64,000 nucleotides of DNA from Spirochaetota bacterium (GCA_963664815.2 CAXXHB010000003.1:1568001-1632000); one strand, 5' to 3'; shown: positions 8,895 to 20,310, counted from the first letter of the stretch. Numbers and translations are program-made. The notes: a model not told the origin generated them from the sequence alone.

Positions 8895-10058
8895 TTATAT
8901 ACCTTTAACTGACTTTTTTGATAATTCAGAGACAGCCTTTATGGCCGTATCTGCATCTTCAATTGAATTGAAGTAACCGAAACTGATTCTGTTTGTTCCT
9001 GATGGGAATGTCCCTGTCGTTTTATGAGCGGAGGGAGCGCAATGCAGTCCCGGTCTTGTGAGAATATCATAGTTCTCATCGAGAAAGAATGCTGTATCGG
9101 AAGGTGACTGACCTTCGATGTTAAATGACAGAACCGAAACTCGATCTGACATATTCTCTGTTCCGTAAATAACGACATTTTTCAACTTGGAAATGCCGTC
9201 AGCAAATCTGCTTAAAAGCATCTGTTCTTTTGAATGAATGTTTTGAATACCGCTTTCCATTATGAATTTAACCCCGGCATACAGACCGGCTATTCCGATT
9301 GTATTTAATGTACCCGCTTCATATTTATCCGGCATAAAATCAGGCTGAATCTCAAATTCTGAACGGCTTCCGGTACCCCCGAACATAAGGGGATTGATTC
9401 TTTTATCGAGATCTTTCCTGATGTAAAGACCACCAGTTCCCATGGGGCCGAATAATCCCTTGTGTCCTGTAAAGCATAGTATGTCAATGTGGGACTTTTC
9501 AACGTCAATATCCAGTGTGCCTGCAGTTTGTGCGGAATCCACACAGAATGGAATACCGAACTCAGAGGCTATTTTACCAGTTTCTTCGATCGGGAGGATT
9601 GTTCCTGTCACATTTGAAGCATGAGTTGATATGATGAGTTTTGTATTTGATTTTATATATTTGTGTATTTTTCCGGTATCAAGCTTCCCGGTTCTGTCAC
9701 ATTCAATTACTGTTAACTGAACTCCTCGGGATTCCATTTCACGCAGTGGGCGCATTACTGAGTTATGCTCAATGGAAGTTGTAATTACATGGTCCCCCGG
9801 CTTTAATAATCCCTGTATTACAATATTTAACGAATGAGTTATACCGGAAGTAAATACGATTCTGAGAGGATCGGATATACCAAATAACCGTGCGATAATC
9901 TCTCGTGTGTTAAATAATACCCGGCCGGCTTCGATTGATAAATTATGGCCTGATCTGCCGGGGTTACTCCCGATAAATGTATTAAAATTATTCATAGCTT
10001 CTGTTACTGATGCAGGTTTAGGCCATGATGTTGCCGCGTTATCAAGGTATATGCTCAT
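8895..10058 (-). CDS. cysteine desulfurase / selenocysteine lyase family aminotransferase class V
   Basis: IYLDNAATSWPKP, EHNSVMRP, DSAQTAG, FTGHKGLFGPMGTG and RPGLHCAP motifs; start taken at MSIYLD. Confidence 0.93.
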   Translation of the reverse strand: MSIYLDNAATSWPKPASVTEAMNNFNTFIGSNPGRSGHNLSIEAGRVLFNTREIIARLFGISDPLRIVFTSGITHSLNIVIQGLLKPGDHVITTSIEHNSVMRPLREMESRGVQLTVIECDRTGKLDTGKIHKYIKSNTKLIISTHASNVTGTILPIEETGKIASEFGIPFCVDSAQTAGTLDIDVEKSHIDILCFTGHKGLFGPMGTGGLYIRKDLDKRINPLMFGGTGSRSEFEIQPDFMPDKYEAGTLNTIGIAGLYAGVKFIMESGIQNIHSKEQMLLSRFADGISKLKNVVIYGTENMSDRVSVLSFNIEGQSPSDTAFFLDENYDILTRPGLHCAPSAHKTTGTFPSGTNRISFGYFNSIEDADTAIKAVSELSKKSVKGI

Positions 10059-10511
10059 TAAAATCACCTGCTGTTGAGATGATTAAAATTGCGCGGTTTC
10101 GTCAAGATATTTATCATCATTATTGATGTTTAAGATAAATAAAATTTATGGTAAATATATGCTTTGATAAAATAATTCATTAATAATTAATATCATACAA
10201 AGTTAATTCATTAATTTTTATTTTTGCGTAAAATGAACAATTATATCTACCGGAAGCTTTAAACATCCGGGATAATGGAATTTTTTTATCATAAAAATAG
10301 TTCAGGAATTATTACTGTAGATTAAATTAAAGCTTTATAATGTATGTGATAATTCTGCTGTTATTTATTCTATTCCGCACAGAGTCAGGCAGGAGCAGAG
10401 TTTAAAAAGTTGATTTTTTTCATGGCAGAACTATTTGTTGACAGATGCAGAGTTTTGTAAGTATATAATGATGAATATCATACAATATTACAATGAATTA
10501 AAAATGGAATT

Positions 10512-10967
10512 ATGGAGATAAAAATGAATGAAGAGAATAAAAAACCGGCTGATATAGCGGGTGATTATCATAACAAAGGATTTAACTGTGCCGAGTCTAT
10601 TTTCATGACGTTCAGGAGCATTGCAGCGACCGGTTTAAGCGAAGATATGGTAAGGCTTGCAACCCCTTTCGGAGGTGGACTGGGACGTTCAGGGTGTGTC
10701 TGCGGGGCATTAAGCGGAGCAGTAATGATTCTCGGCGCTGCACGGGGAAGGATAACTCCTGATGTGCCGAGAAAAGAATCTTATGAATTATCGAACGAGT
10801 ACCATGAGCTTTTCCGGAAGAAGTTTGGAGCTACATGCTGCCGGGCATTGGTTAAAGAGAAATTCGGGACACCTGAACAGGGTGCAAAATGTTTTAAAAT
10901 TATAACCGAGAGCGCTGAGATGCTGATGGAGTTTATTACTGAGAAGGGTATAGTAAAAGATAACTGA
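10512..10967 (+). CDS. C_GCAxxG_C_C family putative redox protein
   Basis: GFNCAES, PFGGGLG, CGALSG and FGATCC motifs plus a terminal Cys. Confidence 0.9.
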   Translation: MEIKMNEENKKPADIAGDYHNKGFNCAESIFMTFRSIAATGLSEDMVRLATPFGGGLGRSGCVCGALSGAVMILGAARGRITPDVPRKESYELSNEYHELFRKKFGATCCRALVKEKFGTPEQGAKCFKIITESAEMLMEFITEKGIVKDN

Positions 10968-11008
10968 CAGTATTTAAGCATTATAAACATTTAGTCTTAA
11001 AATTTTTT

Positions 11009-11746
11009 TTATTGATTATTGATTGAAGTTATCAGAATGTTGCCGTTAACATTTTTGATCCAGATTTCGCCCGTTCCGATCTTCAGTCCCTTTGAAGATG
11101 CAGTGATGTCAGCAAGAGACTGGTTGATTACGGAATTTTTTACTTTGCTGTTAAAGATGTTGTCATATTCTTTAATAAGCATTTCCGGGCTGCTGATTCT
11201 CTGTTTTCTTTTATTGATGACGGCAATTACCGGATAGGAGATCATTTCTGCGATTTCACCGGAAGAACCGGTTTTAACATACTTTTTTAGATCAAGTATA
11301 AAGTTGTCAGCCGATATATCATCATCAATCCCGGCTCCTGAATACCTGTCGCTTTTGGCGCGAATGATCCCCTTCAGCCTGTTTATTATAATATTTTCAC
11401 CTGTAAGCGGATCGGTGATTTTTTCCTCAGTGTAGTTTACATAAAAACGGCTGTTAATAAAATCAGGATTTGTTATATATCCGTTTTCAGATGATGTAAC
11501 AAGTTCATCTTTATACATTTTCATTTTATTGATATCTGCATAAAAAAGTATATATAATGAATCATCAAGTTTTCGGAAAACCAGTTTCCATTCGTTATCG
11601 TACAGATGTTCGGCGCTTTTAAAAGCTGCAGCAGTCTGGATGGTTAACTCGGGTTTCATGCTGTCAATCTGATTTTTTCTGTTGCTTCCGGAGCATGATA
11701 ATGCTGTAATGATAACAATCAGTATATATAAATATTTATTTTTCAT
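11009..11746 (-). CDS. hypothetical lipoprotein
   Basis: Lipobox-like ALSC. The C-terminal part (IAEMISYP...YDNIFNSKVK...GLKIGTGEIW) resembles a small conserved domain of unknown function. Confidence 0.7.
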   Translation of the reverse strand: MKNKYLYILIVIITALSCSGSNRKNQIDSMKPELTIQTAAAFKSAEHLYDNEWKLVFRKLDDSLYILFYADINKMKMYKDELVTSSENGYITNPDFINSRFYVNYTEEKITDPLTGENIIINRLKGIIRAKSDRYSGAGIDDDISADNFILDLKKYVKTGSSGEIAEMISYPVIAVINKRKQRISSPEMLIKEYDNIFNSKVKNSVINQSLADITASSKGLKIGTGEIWIKNVNGNILITSINNQ

Positions 11747-12042
11747 ATGAAATAAACACCTTGAAATGTAATGCTGCCAAAATAGTCTATAAGATACGGA
11801 ATGATGAAAATAACATTATAAAAAAGAGAATAATTCCGACATCATCACAGGCTTCACCGGATAGTAAAGTAAATATTTATAAAAAAATTTATAATAGATA
11901 ATCAAGAAATTGTTTACTAATACTATTAGTTCCTGAGCGGTAATAAATACAACCAATCAGATATATTGTCAAGTAATATGTTTTACGTGGAAGGTTCATA
12001 TTTTACATTTTTAGTGTGTTATTAAAAGTGTTGGAGATTTAT

Positions 12043-12387
12043 ATGATTCAGATTTTTGGTACAAAAAAATGCAGAGAGAGCGCTAAAGCACTCAGATTTT
12101 TTAAAGAGAGAAACATTAAGGTTCACTTTGTTGATCTTGCCGAGAAAGGGATAAGTAAGGGAGAGCTTCAGAATATATCAAGAGTGATTCCATTAACCGA
12201 GCTGATTGATGTTGAGAGTAAGGAATATGAAAGACTAAACCTGAAATATATGAAGTTCGTAATTGAAGATGAACTTCTGGAGCATCCATTGTTGATTAAA
12301 ACTCCCATAGTGAGATCGGGTAAAAAAGCGTCATCCGGTTTTAAGCCTGAGATATGGATTGATATGGCGATGGCTGAAAATTCATAA
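12043..12387 (+). CDS. ArsC/Spx family protein
   Basis: IQIFGTKKCRES.KA.RFFKER and LLIKTPIVR motifs; ATG at 12043 preceded by ggag. Confidence 0.88.
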   Translation: MIQIFGTKKCRESAKALRFFKERNIKVHFVDLAEKGISKGELQNISRVIPLTELIDVESKEYERLNLKYMKFVIEDELLEHPLLIKTPIVRSGKKASSGFKPEIWIDMAMAENS

Positions 12388-12395
12388 TCATTGAA

Positions 12396-12436
12396 CAGGT
12401 GCTATCTACAGCGGAAGACGATGAATATAGCACCTG
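12396..12436. terminator. hairpin between convergent arsC-like and dedA genes
   Basis: 10-bp inverted repeat caggtgctat...atagcacctg; no clear U-tract. Confidence 0.4.
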
Positions 12437-12489
12437 ATGTGATAATGCCGGGGCATGCTGTTATAATAATAAGGATAGTTTGGAATATG

Positions 12490-13152
12490 TTATTCATTAT
12501 CAGAGTGCGGTGATACCGGCACCTCATCAACATTTATTATTTTTGATTTAACAATCTTTTCCTTGATTAATTTAAATATTACATAAAGTGCAATTAAACT
12601 GAAGAGAACGATAACAATTGCAATTTTTGTGTCTCTCATCCATTTTATAAGAAGCTCCCTGTTGCTGGCACCGTAAAATCCGAGGTAATTCCATATGGGA
12701 ACGCTTATAATTGCGGCAAAACTGTCTATAATAATAAATGTAGGGAATCCGACGAATTTAGTTATACCAGCGGTTAGAAAGATAGGTGTACGAAGCCCCG
12801 GCATGAACCTTGCCGCGAAGAGAACCATCCTCCCGTGATCATTAAAGCTTGAAATAATTTTCTCGTACCAGTTATGTTCGAGTATTCTTTTGCCGATCTT
12901 TTTGCTGAATATTTTTTCTCCGAAAACACGTCCAAGATTATAAACAATTATATCTCCGATCAAAACTCCGATAACTGATACAAGGCACATTATGTGTACA
13001 TTCCCATAACCGAGACCTGCAATTATTCCGCCGGCAATTATAGATATATCTTCGGGTATCGGGAGTCCGAAACCGCAGAGTATCAGCATTCCAAAGACGG
13101 AAAAATATCCGAAGGTGGAGTAGAAATTAATTATATAGTCAAGTGAAACCAC
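12490..13152 (-). CDS. DedA family membrane protein
   Basis: GFGLPIPED, GD...Y.LGR and ARFMPGLR motifs. Confidence 0.92.
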   Translation of the reverse strand: MVSLDYIINFYSTFGYFSVFGMLILCGFGLPIPEDISIIAGGIIAGLGYGNVHIMCLVSVIGVLIGDIIVYNLGRVFGEKIFSKKIGKRILEHNWYEKIISSFNDHGRMVLFAARFMPGLRTPIFLTAGITKFVGFPTFIIIDSFAAIISVPIWNYLGFYGASNRELLIKWMRDTKIAIVIVLFSLIALYVIFKLIKEKIVKSKIINVDEVPVSPHSDNE

Positions 13153-13821
13153 ATGTATCTCCGTAAAACGAATTATTTTAATATATCAGATATTTACCGG
13201 TACGGATTGATTATAGTATTATCTTTCAGGGCTGTTTTGTCAGAATTAATATAATTATTTTATTTATGCTTTGATGTAACAGATTACCATAAATTCAGTA
13301 TAGAGTAAATCTCTGTAACGATCTACCTGTATAATCAGACTTTTGCCTGTAAACCTTTTATGTAGTATGAACCGCAAATACAGTCTGCTAAAAATAAAAT
13401 ATATTCAATAAAGCGGCTATAAAAACCGCCTGATTCAAGTTTATTAATCCAGTCTTTTAAAATAAGTATGTCATTATTATAAACTTTTTGTAAAAAAGAT
13501 AAAAAAGAATCTGTCAGTTGTTGCAAGAAAAACTTTTTTAAAACAAAACAAATCCTTATTCTATAAATATTTATCCTGTAATTAAGTCACGTATATTTTT
13601 CTTATTATACGTTTTTTTATCAGTTTTCCGGGAATTAAAAATGCTGTAAATGACTGCAAACTGTTCATGGGAACCGGCAGACAGGAAATATATTAAAAAT
13701 ATAATCCGGAAGCTATCCTCTGTTTGTTACAGTTTTAATGCTGTAATGGTCAATGGGGTAACCGGAATGATCTATAACCGGAAGAAACTGATTCTTAAAC
13801 AGATCAGGTGAGTGGATATGA

Positions 13822-14892
13822 TCAGACATACTCCTTGATCTCTGTTTCGCCTTTTATTGCAAAATAGACACCCTCTTCAAGCGCCTTCATCTCATCTTCT
13901 CCGGGATAGACAGCCACATTGCTTATAAAGCTTACCCTCTCTTCGATCCATCTGCACAGCATATCATCATAGGCTACTCCACCGGTAAGAATGACTGCAT
14001 CAACTTTCCCGTTAAGCACAACAGCCATGGCGCCAATCTCCTTTGATATCTGGTATGCCATTGCACGGTAGATCTCTTCGGCTTTTTTATCACCATCGCG
14101 GACTTTTTTGCTCACTTCGTAGGCGCTGTTTGTGCCCAGATAGGCAACAAGTCCCCCCTGGCCTGTAATCTTTTTTTTCATTTCTTCAAGAGAATATTTG
14201 CCGGAATAACAGATATTGACAAGATCGCCTACCGGTACATCACCGCTTCTCTCCGGGGAGAAGGGGCCTTCACCGTCAAGCCCGTTGTTGACATCAATGA
14301 CCCGTCCATGTTTATGAGCACCTACAGTAATGCCTCCACCCATATGAACTACGATAAGATCAAGATCCTCGTATTTTACATTGTATTCCCTGGCATATTT
14401 TCTTGCAACTGCCTTCTGGTTAAGGGCATGAAAGATGCTTATTCTTGGATTCTCTGGCATGCCTGAATACCGTGCCAGTGGTTCAAGTTCGTCGACAATA
14501 ACCGGATCAACTATGTAAGAATCTGTATTATTTCCTGTCTCCTTCGATATCTCATGTGCGAGAATACCTCCAAGGTTGCTGGAGTGGGCCCTCGTTGATT
14601 CGTCATTCAGGTCGTGGAGCATTTTATCATTTATTCTGTATACTCCGCCGGGTATAGGCTTAAGGAGACCGCCGCGTCCCACGATAATATTGATGGATGA
14701 GAGTTCTATGCCTGCCTGTTCAAGTTCCTTCAGTATCATTTTTTTACGGAAGCCGTACTGGTCGATTATTTTCCGGAAGGGTGAAAGATCTTCCGCAGAA
14801 TGATTTATGTTGATTGTGAAAATATCCTCATGGTTTTCAAACACAGATATCTTGGTGGAGGTTGAACCGGGATTTATTGCGAGTATTCTCAT
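13822..14892 (-). CDS. buk: butyrate kinase
   Basis: True start MRILAINPGSTSTK at 14892 (ggag RBS). GRGGLL, HSSNLGG, FHALNQKA, HMGGGI, GPFSPERSG and YPGEDEM motifs. Confidence 0.96.
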   Translation of the reverse strand: MRILAINPGSTSTKISVFENHEDIFTININHSAEDLSPFRKIIDQYGFRKKMILKELEQAGIELSSINIIVGRGGLLKPIPGGVYRINDKMLHDLNDESTRAHSSNLGGILAHEISKETGNNTDSYIVDPVIVDELEPLARYSGMPENPRISIFHALNQKAVARKYAREYNVKYEDLDLIVVHMGGGITVGAHKHGRVIDVNNGLDGEGPFSPERSGDVPVGDLVNICYSGKYSLEEMKKKITGQGGLVAYLGTNSAYEVSKKVRDGDKKAEEIYRAMAYQISKEIGAMAVVLNGKVDAVILTGGVAYDDMLCRWIEERVSFISNVAVYPGEDEMKALEEGVYFAIKGETEIKEYV

Positions 14893-14920
14893 ATTTTTCT
14901 CCTTTTTTTCTCCTTTTAAT

Positions 14921-15820
14921 TTACTGCATGGCTGCGGCAAGGGCGATTGACATAAGCTTGGTCCTGTCGGAATCAGACCTCGATGTAAGCACAATAGGAA
15001 CGGAGGCGCCGAGAGCTATGGACGCTGTAGTTGCGTTGCCGAGATAGGTAAGGGCTTTATAAACGCTGTTTCCTGTTTCTATATTCGGAAATACGATAAT
15101 GTCAACATCGCCTCCGACCTCGGTTGGTATCCCCTTGTGAATGCATGCCTCTCTGGATATTAAATTATCGAAGGCGAGTGGGCCGTCTATGATGCAGTCC
15201 CTGATCTGCCCCCTTCTGTTCATCATAACAAGCAGTCCGGCATGGATAGTTGCCTCCATCTTTTCATTGATAAGTTCAACTGCGGCGAGTATCCCCACCT
15301 TCGGTTTATCGAGTTTAAGTTTTTTGTAAATATCAACGGCGTTGATGATAATGTCCGCCTTTTCCTGCAGACCGGGCGAGACATTCATTCCCGAATCGGT
15401 AATGCAGATGAGTTTGTGATAGTTGGGTGATTCAAGGAGTGCAGCATGGCTCATAACCCTGCTGCGGCTTATGCCGTTTTCTTTATGCAGAACAGCGCGG
15501 AGAAGGTCTGCAGTACCGACAAGCCCCTTCATAAGAATCCGGGCTTTACCGGCTTTTACAATGGACACGGCAACAGCACAGGCCTTTATCGGATCCTTTT
15601 CATCGATTATTTCCACTCCATCGAGGCTGAAACCGATTTTGAGGGCTATCTCCCTGATAGCTTCGGTATCACCCGTGAGTATCGGTGTTATTATTCCGGC
15701 TTTTGATGCCTCCATTACAGCGTCCAGTGCATGGTCGTCAGCTGCTGCAGCTATAACCATTTTTACGGCAGGTTTTGACTTTGCAATATCAAGTAAAGAT
15801 TCAAGAGATTTGAGAACCAT
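14921..15820 (-). CDS. ptb: phosphate butyryltransferase
   Basis: LMKGLV.T, DGPLAFD, PNIETGN..YK and PIVLTSRSD motifs; directly upstream of buk; start MVLKS at 15820. Confidence 0.92.
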   Translation of the reverse strand: MVLKSLESLLDIAKSKPAVKMVIAAAADDHALDAVMEASKAGIITPILTGDTEAIREIALKIGFSLDGVEIIDEKDPIKACAVAVSIVKAGKARILMKGLVGTADLLRAVLHKENGISRSRVMSHAALLESPNYHKLICITDSGMNVSPGLQEKADIIINAVDIYKKLKLDKPKVGILAAVELINEKMEATIHAGLLVMMNRRGQIRDCIIDGPLAFDNLISREACIHKGIPTEVGGDVDIIVFPNIETGNSVYKALTYLGNATTASIALGASVPIVLTSRSDSDRTKLMSIALAAAMQ

Positions 15821-16056
15821 ATATTTCCCCTCATAGTATAATTCAGACCGGCATATGTAAAATAAACAAGCAATATAAAAATACAACAATAATTTAACAC
15901 ATAGTAATAAATAATATTAAAAATCATATATAAAGTATGAATAATGTTAAATATATGTGATTTAAAAACAGATATAATGATCAAAAACTAATAGAAGGTA
16001 AAGTGCGCGGGTAGAGTTAAAAGATTGTAGCAGCAGCAGTAAAAAAGTGAAATTTT

Positions 16057-16668
16057 TTATTTGAAAATACTTATATACTGTTCGAATCTGATGTCAGCAC
16101 CATCTTTACCCATACCGATCAAAGCTTGTGGTGAAGGTGAGTAAAGAATATTAACATCAAATATTCGTTCTTTTATAATCAGTTTATAGTAGCGACTTGA
16201 TACATCAACTGTTTCATGGTGTGAATTGAGCGCCCTGTTCATGCATGTTTTGATAAAACCGCTTGTATAAATCAGTTGTTGTATCTGAGGATTAGTTTCG
16301 AGCAGAGTTGAAATGTCAGTATAGGTTATATCGAAAAGATCGGTATCGGAAGAGCTGTTGTTTCTCCGGCGGCATGAGTATATTATATCAGTGATTCCGG
16401 TTTTCTTTTCAGTAAGAAAAGTCTTCCGCTGGGAGACAGCACCTTCACTGTTCTTCATAAGAAAACATATTCCGCAGGCCTCACCAACGAGTTTCCAGAA
16501 ATGGTTCCTGCAGCTTCCGTAATAGAACATGACATCTTTTTCACTGATATTTTTAACTGGATTGCTATTAATACAGAACCGGTGAGGCGGGATTGATCCG
16601 ATAATAAGCTTTGAAGCGTTTACAGGTATAAACGGATCGAAAGGGTGTATATCTTTTACTGAATACAT
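16057..16668 (-). CDS. uracil-DNA glycosylase superfamily protein (MUG-like)
   Basis: HPFDP, LIIGSIPP, FYYG...NHFW and LYSPSP motifs. Confidence 0.8.
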   Translation of the reverse strand: MYSVKDIHPFDPFIPVNASKLIIGSIPPHRFCINSNPVKNISEKDVMFYYGSCRNHFWKLVGEACGICFLMKNSEGAVSQRKTFLTEKKTGITDIIYSCRRRNNSSSDTDLFDITYTDISTLLETNPQIQQLIYTSGFIKTCMNRALNSHHETVDVSSRYYKLIIKERIFDVNILYSPSPQALIGMGKDGADIRFEQYISIFK

Positions 16669-16869
16669 CAGTGAGATTTATAATGATATAATATTTATTT
16701 CAAGTGAAATCCGGTTTTTATTAATGAACTGACATTGTATCTGATAAAAAATTTAGTAATAATCGCCAAAACTGATTACATTATTTATGAACGAGATTTA
16801 TTAAGATCCCCGGTATTCTTTCAAACGATGTTTCATGGGGCTGACATATAAATCTGAAAGTATGGGGAA

Positions 16870-19422
16870 TTGACAGTGAACAGTAAAAAACAAACAATTC
16901 TGCTTGTTGAAGATGAAGCTGTAATAGCCATAGCACAGAAAAAGTCTCTGGAAAAATACGGATATAAGGTTATATCTTCAAATACCGGCGAAAAAGCACT
17001 GGAAATTTTTAAAAGTAATAAAATAATAGATCTTATTCTTATGGATATCGATCTAGGCAGAGGTATTGACGGCACTGATACTGCCAGAGCAATGCTTGAA
17101 TATCGGAATGTTCCCATAATGTTTTTGTCCTCCCATACGGAACCTGAAATAGTAAAGAAGACCGAAAAGATCACCAGTTACGGATATGTTGTAAAAAACT
17201 CAGGTATTACAGTTCTTGATGCCTCGATAAAAATGGCCTTTAAGCTTTTCCATGCAAATACAAAAATTACTGACAGCGAAACCAGGTTCCGCAGCTACTT
17301 TGATCTCCCATTGCATGGCGTAGCAATTACATCACCTGCAAAAGAGTGGATAGAAGTTAATGATACACTCTGTCTGATGCTCGGCTATACAAAAGAGGAA
17401 TTAAAAAACATGGCATGGGTTGACATAACTCATCCTGATGATATCGCAGCTGATATAGAAATGTTTAACCGTATTATGTCAGGGGAGACTGAATACTATT
17501 TTTTAGACAAACGCTTTATCCGGAAAGATGGCAGATTCATATGGACCAGACTTTCTGCAGGATGCGTAAGAAAATCAGACAGAAGCGTAGACTATTTTAT
17601 AGCTATTCTGGAGGATATTACAGATCGTAAAAATATTGAGGAAAATTTAAATCGTAACCTGTATAACCTTAACGAGCGTAATAAAGAACTTAACTGTCTT
17701 TATTCAATCTCTGAGTTAGTCCGCAGACCAGACATATCACTTGAAGAAATACTTAAGGAATCAAGTGTTATTCTTGTGCAATCATATCAATACCCTGAGG
17801 TTACCGCATGCCGGATTATACTTTATAACATTGAAGGTAAAACTGCAAATTTCAGGGAAACCGGGTGGCAGCAGACAAGTGTTATTAAAATTCACAGCAT
17901 AACAGAGGGAAAAATTGAAGTACACTATCTGGAGGAGAGACCGTCAGAATATGATGGACCATTTCTGGCAGGAGAACGTAAACTACTTAACGCCGTTGCC
18001 GAGCTTATAGGTAGGTCCACTGAACGAAAGCAGGGGGAAGAATTATTAAAAAACACGCTGTTGTTTCAGCAGAAATTACTGGAAGCCATTCCTCTTCCCG
18101 TTTTCTATAAAGATGAAGAGTGTAAATTTAAAGGTGGAAATAAAGCCTTTGAAAAATTTCTGGGGCTTCTGCCGGAGAGCTATATTGGAAAGACCGTTAA
18201 TGAGATTTCGCAACCTGCACTTGCAGAAAATTATACCAGGGCGGATATGGATCTGTTGAATAATCCGGGAATTCAGATTTATGAAGAACAGGTAATTGAT
18301 GCTGAAGAGTTCCCGCACAATGTAATTTTCCATAAGGCAACTTTCACAAACAACAAAGATAAAACTGCGGGAATAATCGGAGTGATGTATGACATAACTG
18401 AGAGAAAGATGTTTGAGAAACAACTTGAATTCCAGCAGAATCTGCTTTCTATTATAATGAACAGTAAAACTGATACGATCATCTTCAGCCTTGATAAAAA
18501 CTATTGTTATACTGCTTTTAATGAAAAGCACCGGGAAGAGATGAAACTCGTATGGAATGCCGATATCAGAATCGGGATGAATCTGCCGGATTGTATGAAA
18601 CTTCCCGATTTAAGGGAACTTGCCAGAAAAAGTATGGACAGGGCTTTGAATGGTGAAAGCTTTTCAGAAATACAGCATCAGCCTGAGCTGGATATTTATT
18701 ATGAGTTTAACTGGAGACCGGTAATTCAAAAAAACGAAATTACCGGAATTATCGTTTTCATAGAGAACATTACCAGGCACAGACAGACTGAAGAATTATT
18801 AAAACTTGAAGAGGGGCGTTTAAAACATAATGAGCTTATCCTGAGGGAAGTTCACCATAGATTTAATAATTTTATGAATTCGATTAAAGGACTTCTCCTG
18901 TTACAGGCTGATTTACAGGAAGACAGATCTGTTGCATCAGTATTGGAAAATACAATAACACGTATTGACGGAATGTCTCTTTTATATGATAAACTTTACC
19001 GGCAGGATAATTTTGACGGGAAGTCAGTAACTGAATATATACCGGCACTGGCAGATGAAATTATACTGAATTTTCCCAACAGCAATAATGTCAGAATTTT
19101 AAAAAATATAGGTGATTTTGTTCTAAGTAAAAAGCTGCTGCAGCCTGTCGGCATAATTATCAATGAATTGCTGACAAATATTATGAAACATGCATTTCCC
19201 GGCGGGCGATCCGGTCTGATTAAAATATCTTTGTTGCTGCAGAACAAAAGGGTTACACTTGTTGTGCAGGACAACGGGATTGGAATTCCTGAATCGATAA
19301 ATTTTGAAAACTCCACAGGTTTCGGGATGCAGCTGGTAAGCATGCTTGTCGGACAGATTGACGGACATATCAGGGTTGAGCGTGGGGAAGGTACGAAATT
19401 TGTTCTTGAGTTTGATACATAA
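16870..19422 (+). CDS. REC-PAS-PAS-PAS-HisKA_2/HATPase hybrid sensor histidine kinase
   Basis: N-terminal receiver (ILLVEDE, LMDIDL); PAS/PAC motifs (THPDD, DITDRK, DITERK); H-box REVHHR; NELLTN..KHAF, DNGIG and GFGMQLV motifs. Confidence 0.92.
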   Translation: MTVNSKKQTILLVEDEAVIAIAQKKSLEKYGYKVISSNTGEKALEIFKSNKIIDLILMDIDLGRGIDGTDTARAMLEYRNVPIMFLSSHTEPEIVKKTEKITSYGYVVKNSGITVLDASIKMAFKLFHANTKITDSETRFRSYFDLPLHGVAITSPAKEWIEVNDTLCLMLGYTKEELKNMAWVDITHPDDIAADIEMFNRIMSGETEYYFLDKRFIRKDGRFIWTRLSAGCVRKSDRSVDYFIAILEDITDRKNIEENLNRNLYNLNERNKELNCLYSISELVRRPDISLEEILKESSVILVQSYQYPEVTACRIILYNIEGKTANFRETGWQQTSVIKIHSITEGKIEVHYLEERPSEYDGPFLAGERKLLNAVAELIGRSTERKQGEELLKNTLLFQQKLLEAIPLPVFYKDEECKFKGGNKAFEKFLGLLPESYIGKTVNEISQPALAENYTRADMDLLNNPGIQIYEEQVIDAEEFPHNVIFHKATFTNNKDKTAGIIGVMYDITERKMFEKQLEFQQNLLSIIMNSKTDTIIFSLDKNYCYTAFNEKHREEMKLVWNADIRIGMNLPDCMKLPDLRELARKSMDRALNGESFSEIQHQPELDIYYEFNWRPVIQKNEITGIIVFIENITRHRQTEELLKLEEGRLKHNELILREVHHRFNNFMNSIKGLLLLQADLQEDRSVASVLENTITRIDGMSLLYDKLYRQDNFDGKSVTEYIPALADEIILNFPNSNNVRILKNIGDFVLSKKLLQPVGIIINELLTNIMKHAFPGGRSGLIKISLLLQNKRVTLVVQDNGIGIPESINFENSTGFGMQLVSMLVGQIDGHIRVERGEGTKFVLEFDT

Positions 19423-19503
19423 ATAACCATGATACACTTGACATAAATTCAGTCAGATTATTCAGTTATATCAAATAAATTATAATAAATTACAACAGGA
19501 AAT

Positions 19504-20199
19504 ATGGCATCTGAGAAATTACAGAGTTTTCAAAATGAAATTGATATATCTATTGAAAATTCATGCCGTCAATTATACAGAAATAACCGTAATATTTTAA
19601 AAATAAAAAATGAAGAACTTGCAGTTAAGAATTATAAAATCCTGGCCTTTGCTACTTTAAAGCTATGTACAGGAAAAGGATTTCAGGCAATGAGTATTCG
19701 CGATCTGAGCCGTGAAAGCGGATTGAGCCTGGGTGCGCTTTATTATTATTTTTCCGGTAAGGACGAAATCATTAAAATCATACATGAGCACGGGCAGCAC
19801 TTCATTCAGGAATTTTTCCCCAAGAAAATTTCAGATGTTGAAAATCCCCGGGAAAAACTATATAAGGCTATAGAAGCCTATATCATATTAAGTGAGCTGT
19901 CATCTGACATATTTTTATTTTTTTTAATGGAAACAAAAAATCTTCCTGCAGAATTGAAACGTATTCCCACGCAGGTTGAAATCTGGGTTGAAAATCTTTT
20001 TAAGGAAATTCTAAATGACGGGAAAAAAGCAGGTATATTCAGCTTTGATAATATAGATCTTATTTGTGCTGCGATAAAAGCTCTTCTTCATGACTGGTGT
20101 ATCAAACGGGAGATTTATAAACAGAAAAAAATAAATATGGAGAAATACATCAGTTTTGTTATCTCCATGATTGGATCATATATCGAACCCTGCAAATAG
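19504..20199 (+). CDS. TetR/AcrR family transcriptional regulator
   Basis: KGFQAMSIRDLSRESGLSLGALYYYFSGKDE HTH. Confidence 0.92.
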   Translation: MASEKLQSFQNEIDISIENSCRQLYRNNRNILKIKNEELAVKNYKILAFATLKLCTGKGFQAMSIRDLSRESGLSLGALYYYFSGKDEIIKIIHEHGQHFIQEFFPKKISDVENPREKLYKAIEAYIILSELSSDIFLFFLMETKNLPAELKRIPTQVEIWVENLFKEILNDGKKAGIFSFDNIDLICAAIKALLHDWCIKREIYKQKKINMEKYISFVISMIGSYIEPCK

Positions 20200-20255
20200 T
20201 TGTACATAATGGATTTATCACTCTGTCCGGTTTGTAAAAAAAAAGACTCTTAATA

Positions 20256-20282
20256 CGGCATGGATTTTTTAAATCCATGCCG
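20256..20282. terminator. hairpin between convergent TetR and acetyl-CoA hydrolase genes
   Basis: Perfect 12-bp inverted repeat cggcatggattt-ttt-aaatccatgccg. Confidence 0.65.
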
Positions 20283-20310
20283 AAATGGTGAATAAGAACG
20301 ATTTTAAAAG

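Noticed and set aside
14893-14994. N-terminal extension of the buk ORF in the track (likewise the extensions of ptb, 36437, 54081 and 55351)
   Set aside because: Longest-ORF artefacts. Better starts with an RBS or translational coupling lie downstream, and several extensions overlap neighbouring genes.
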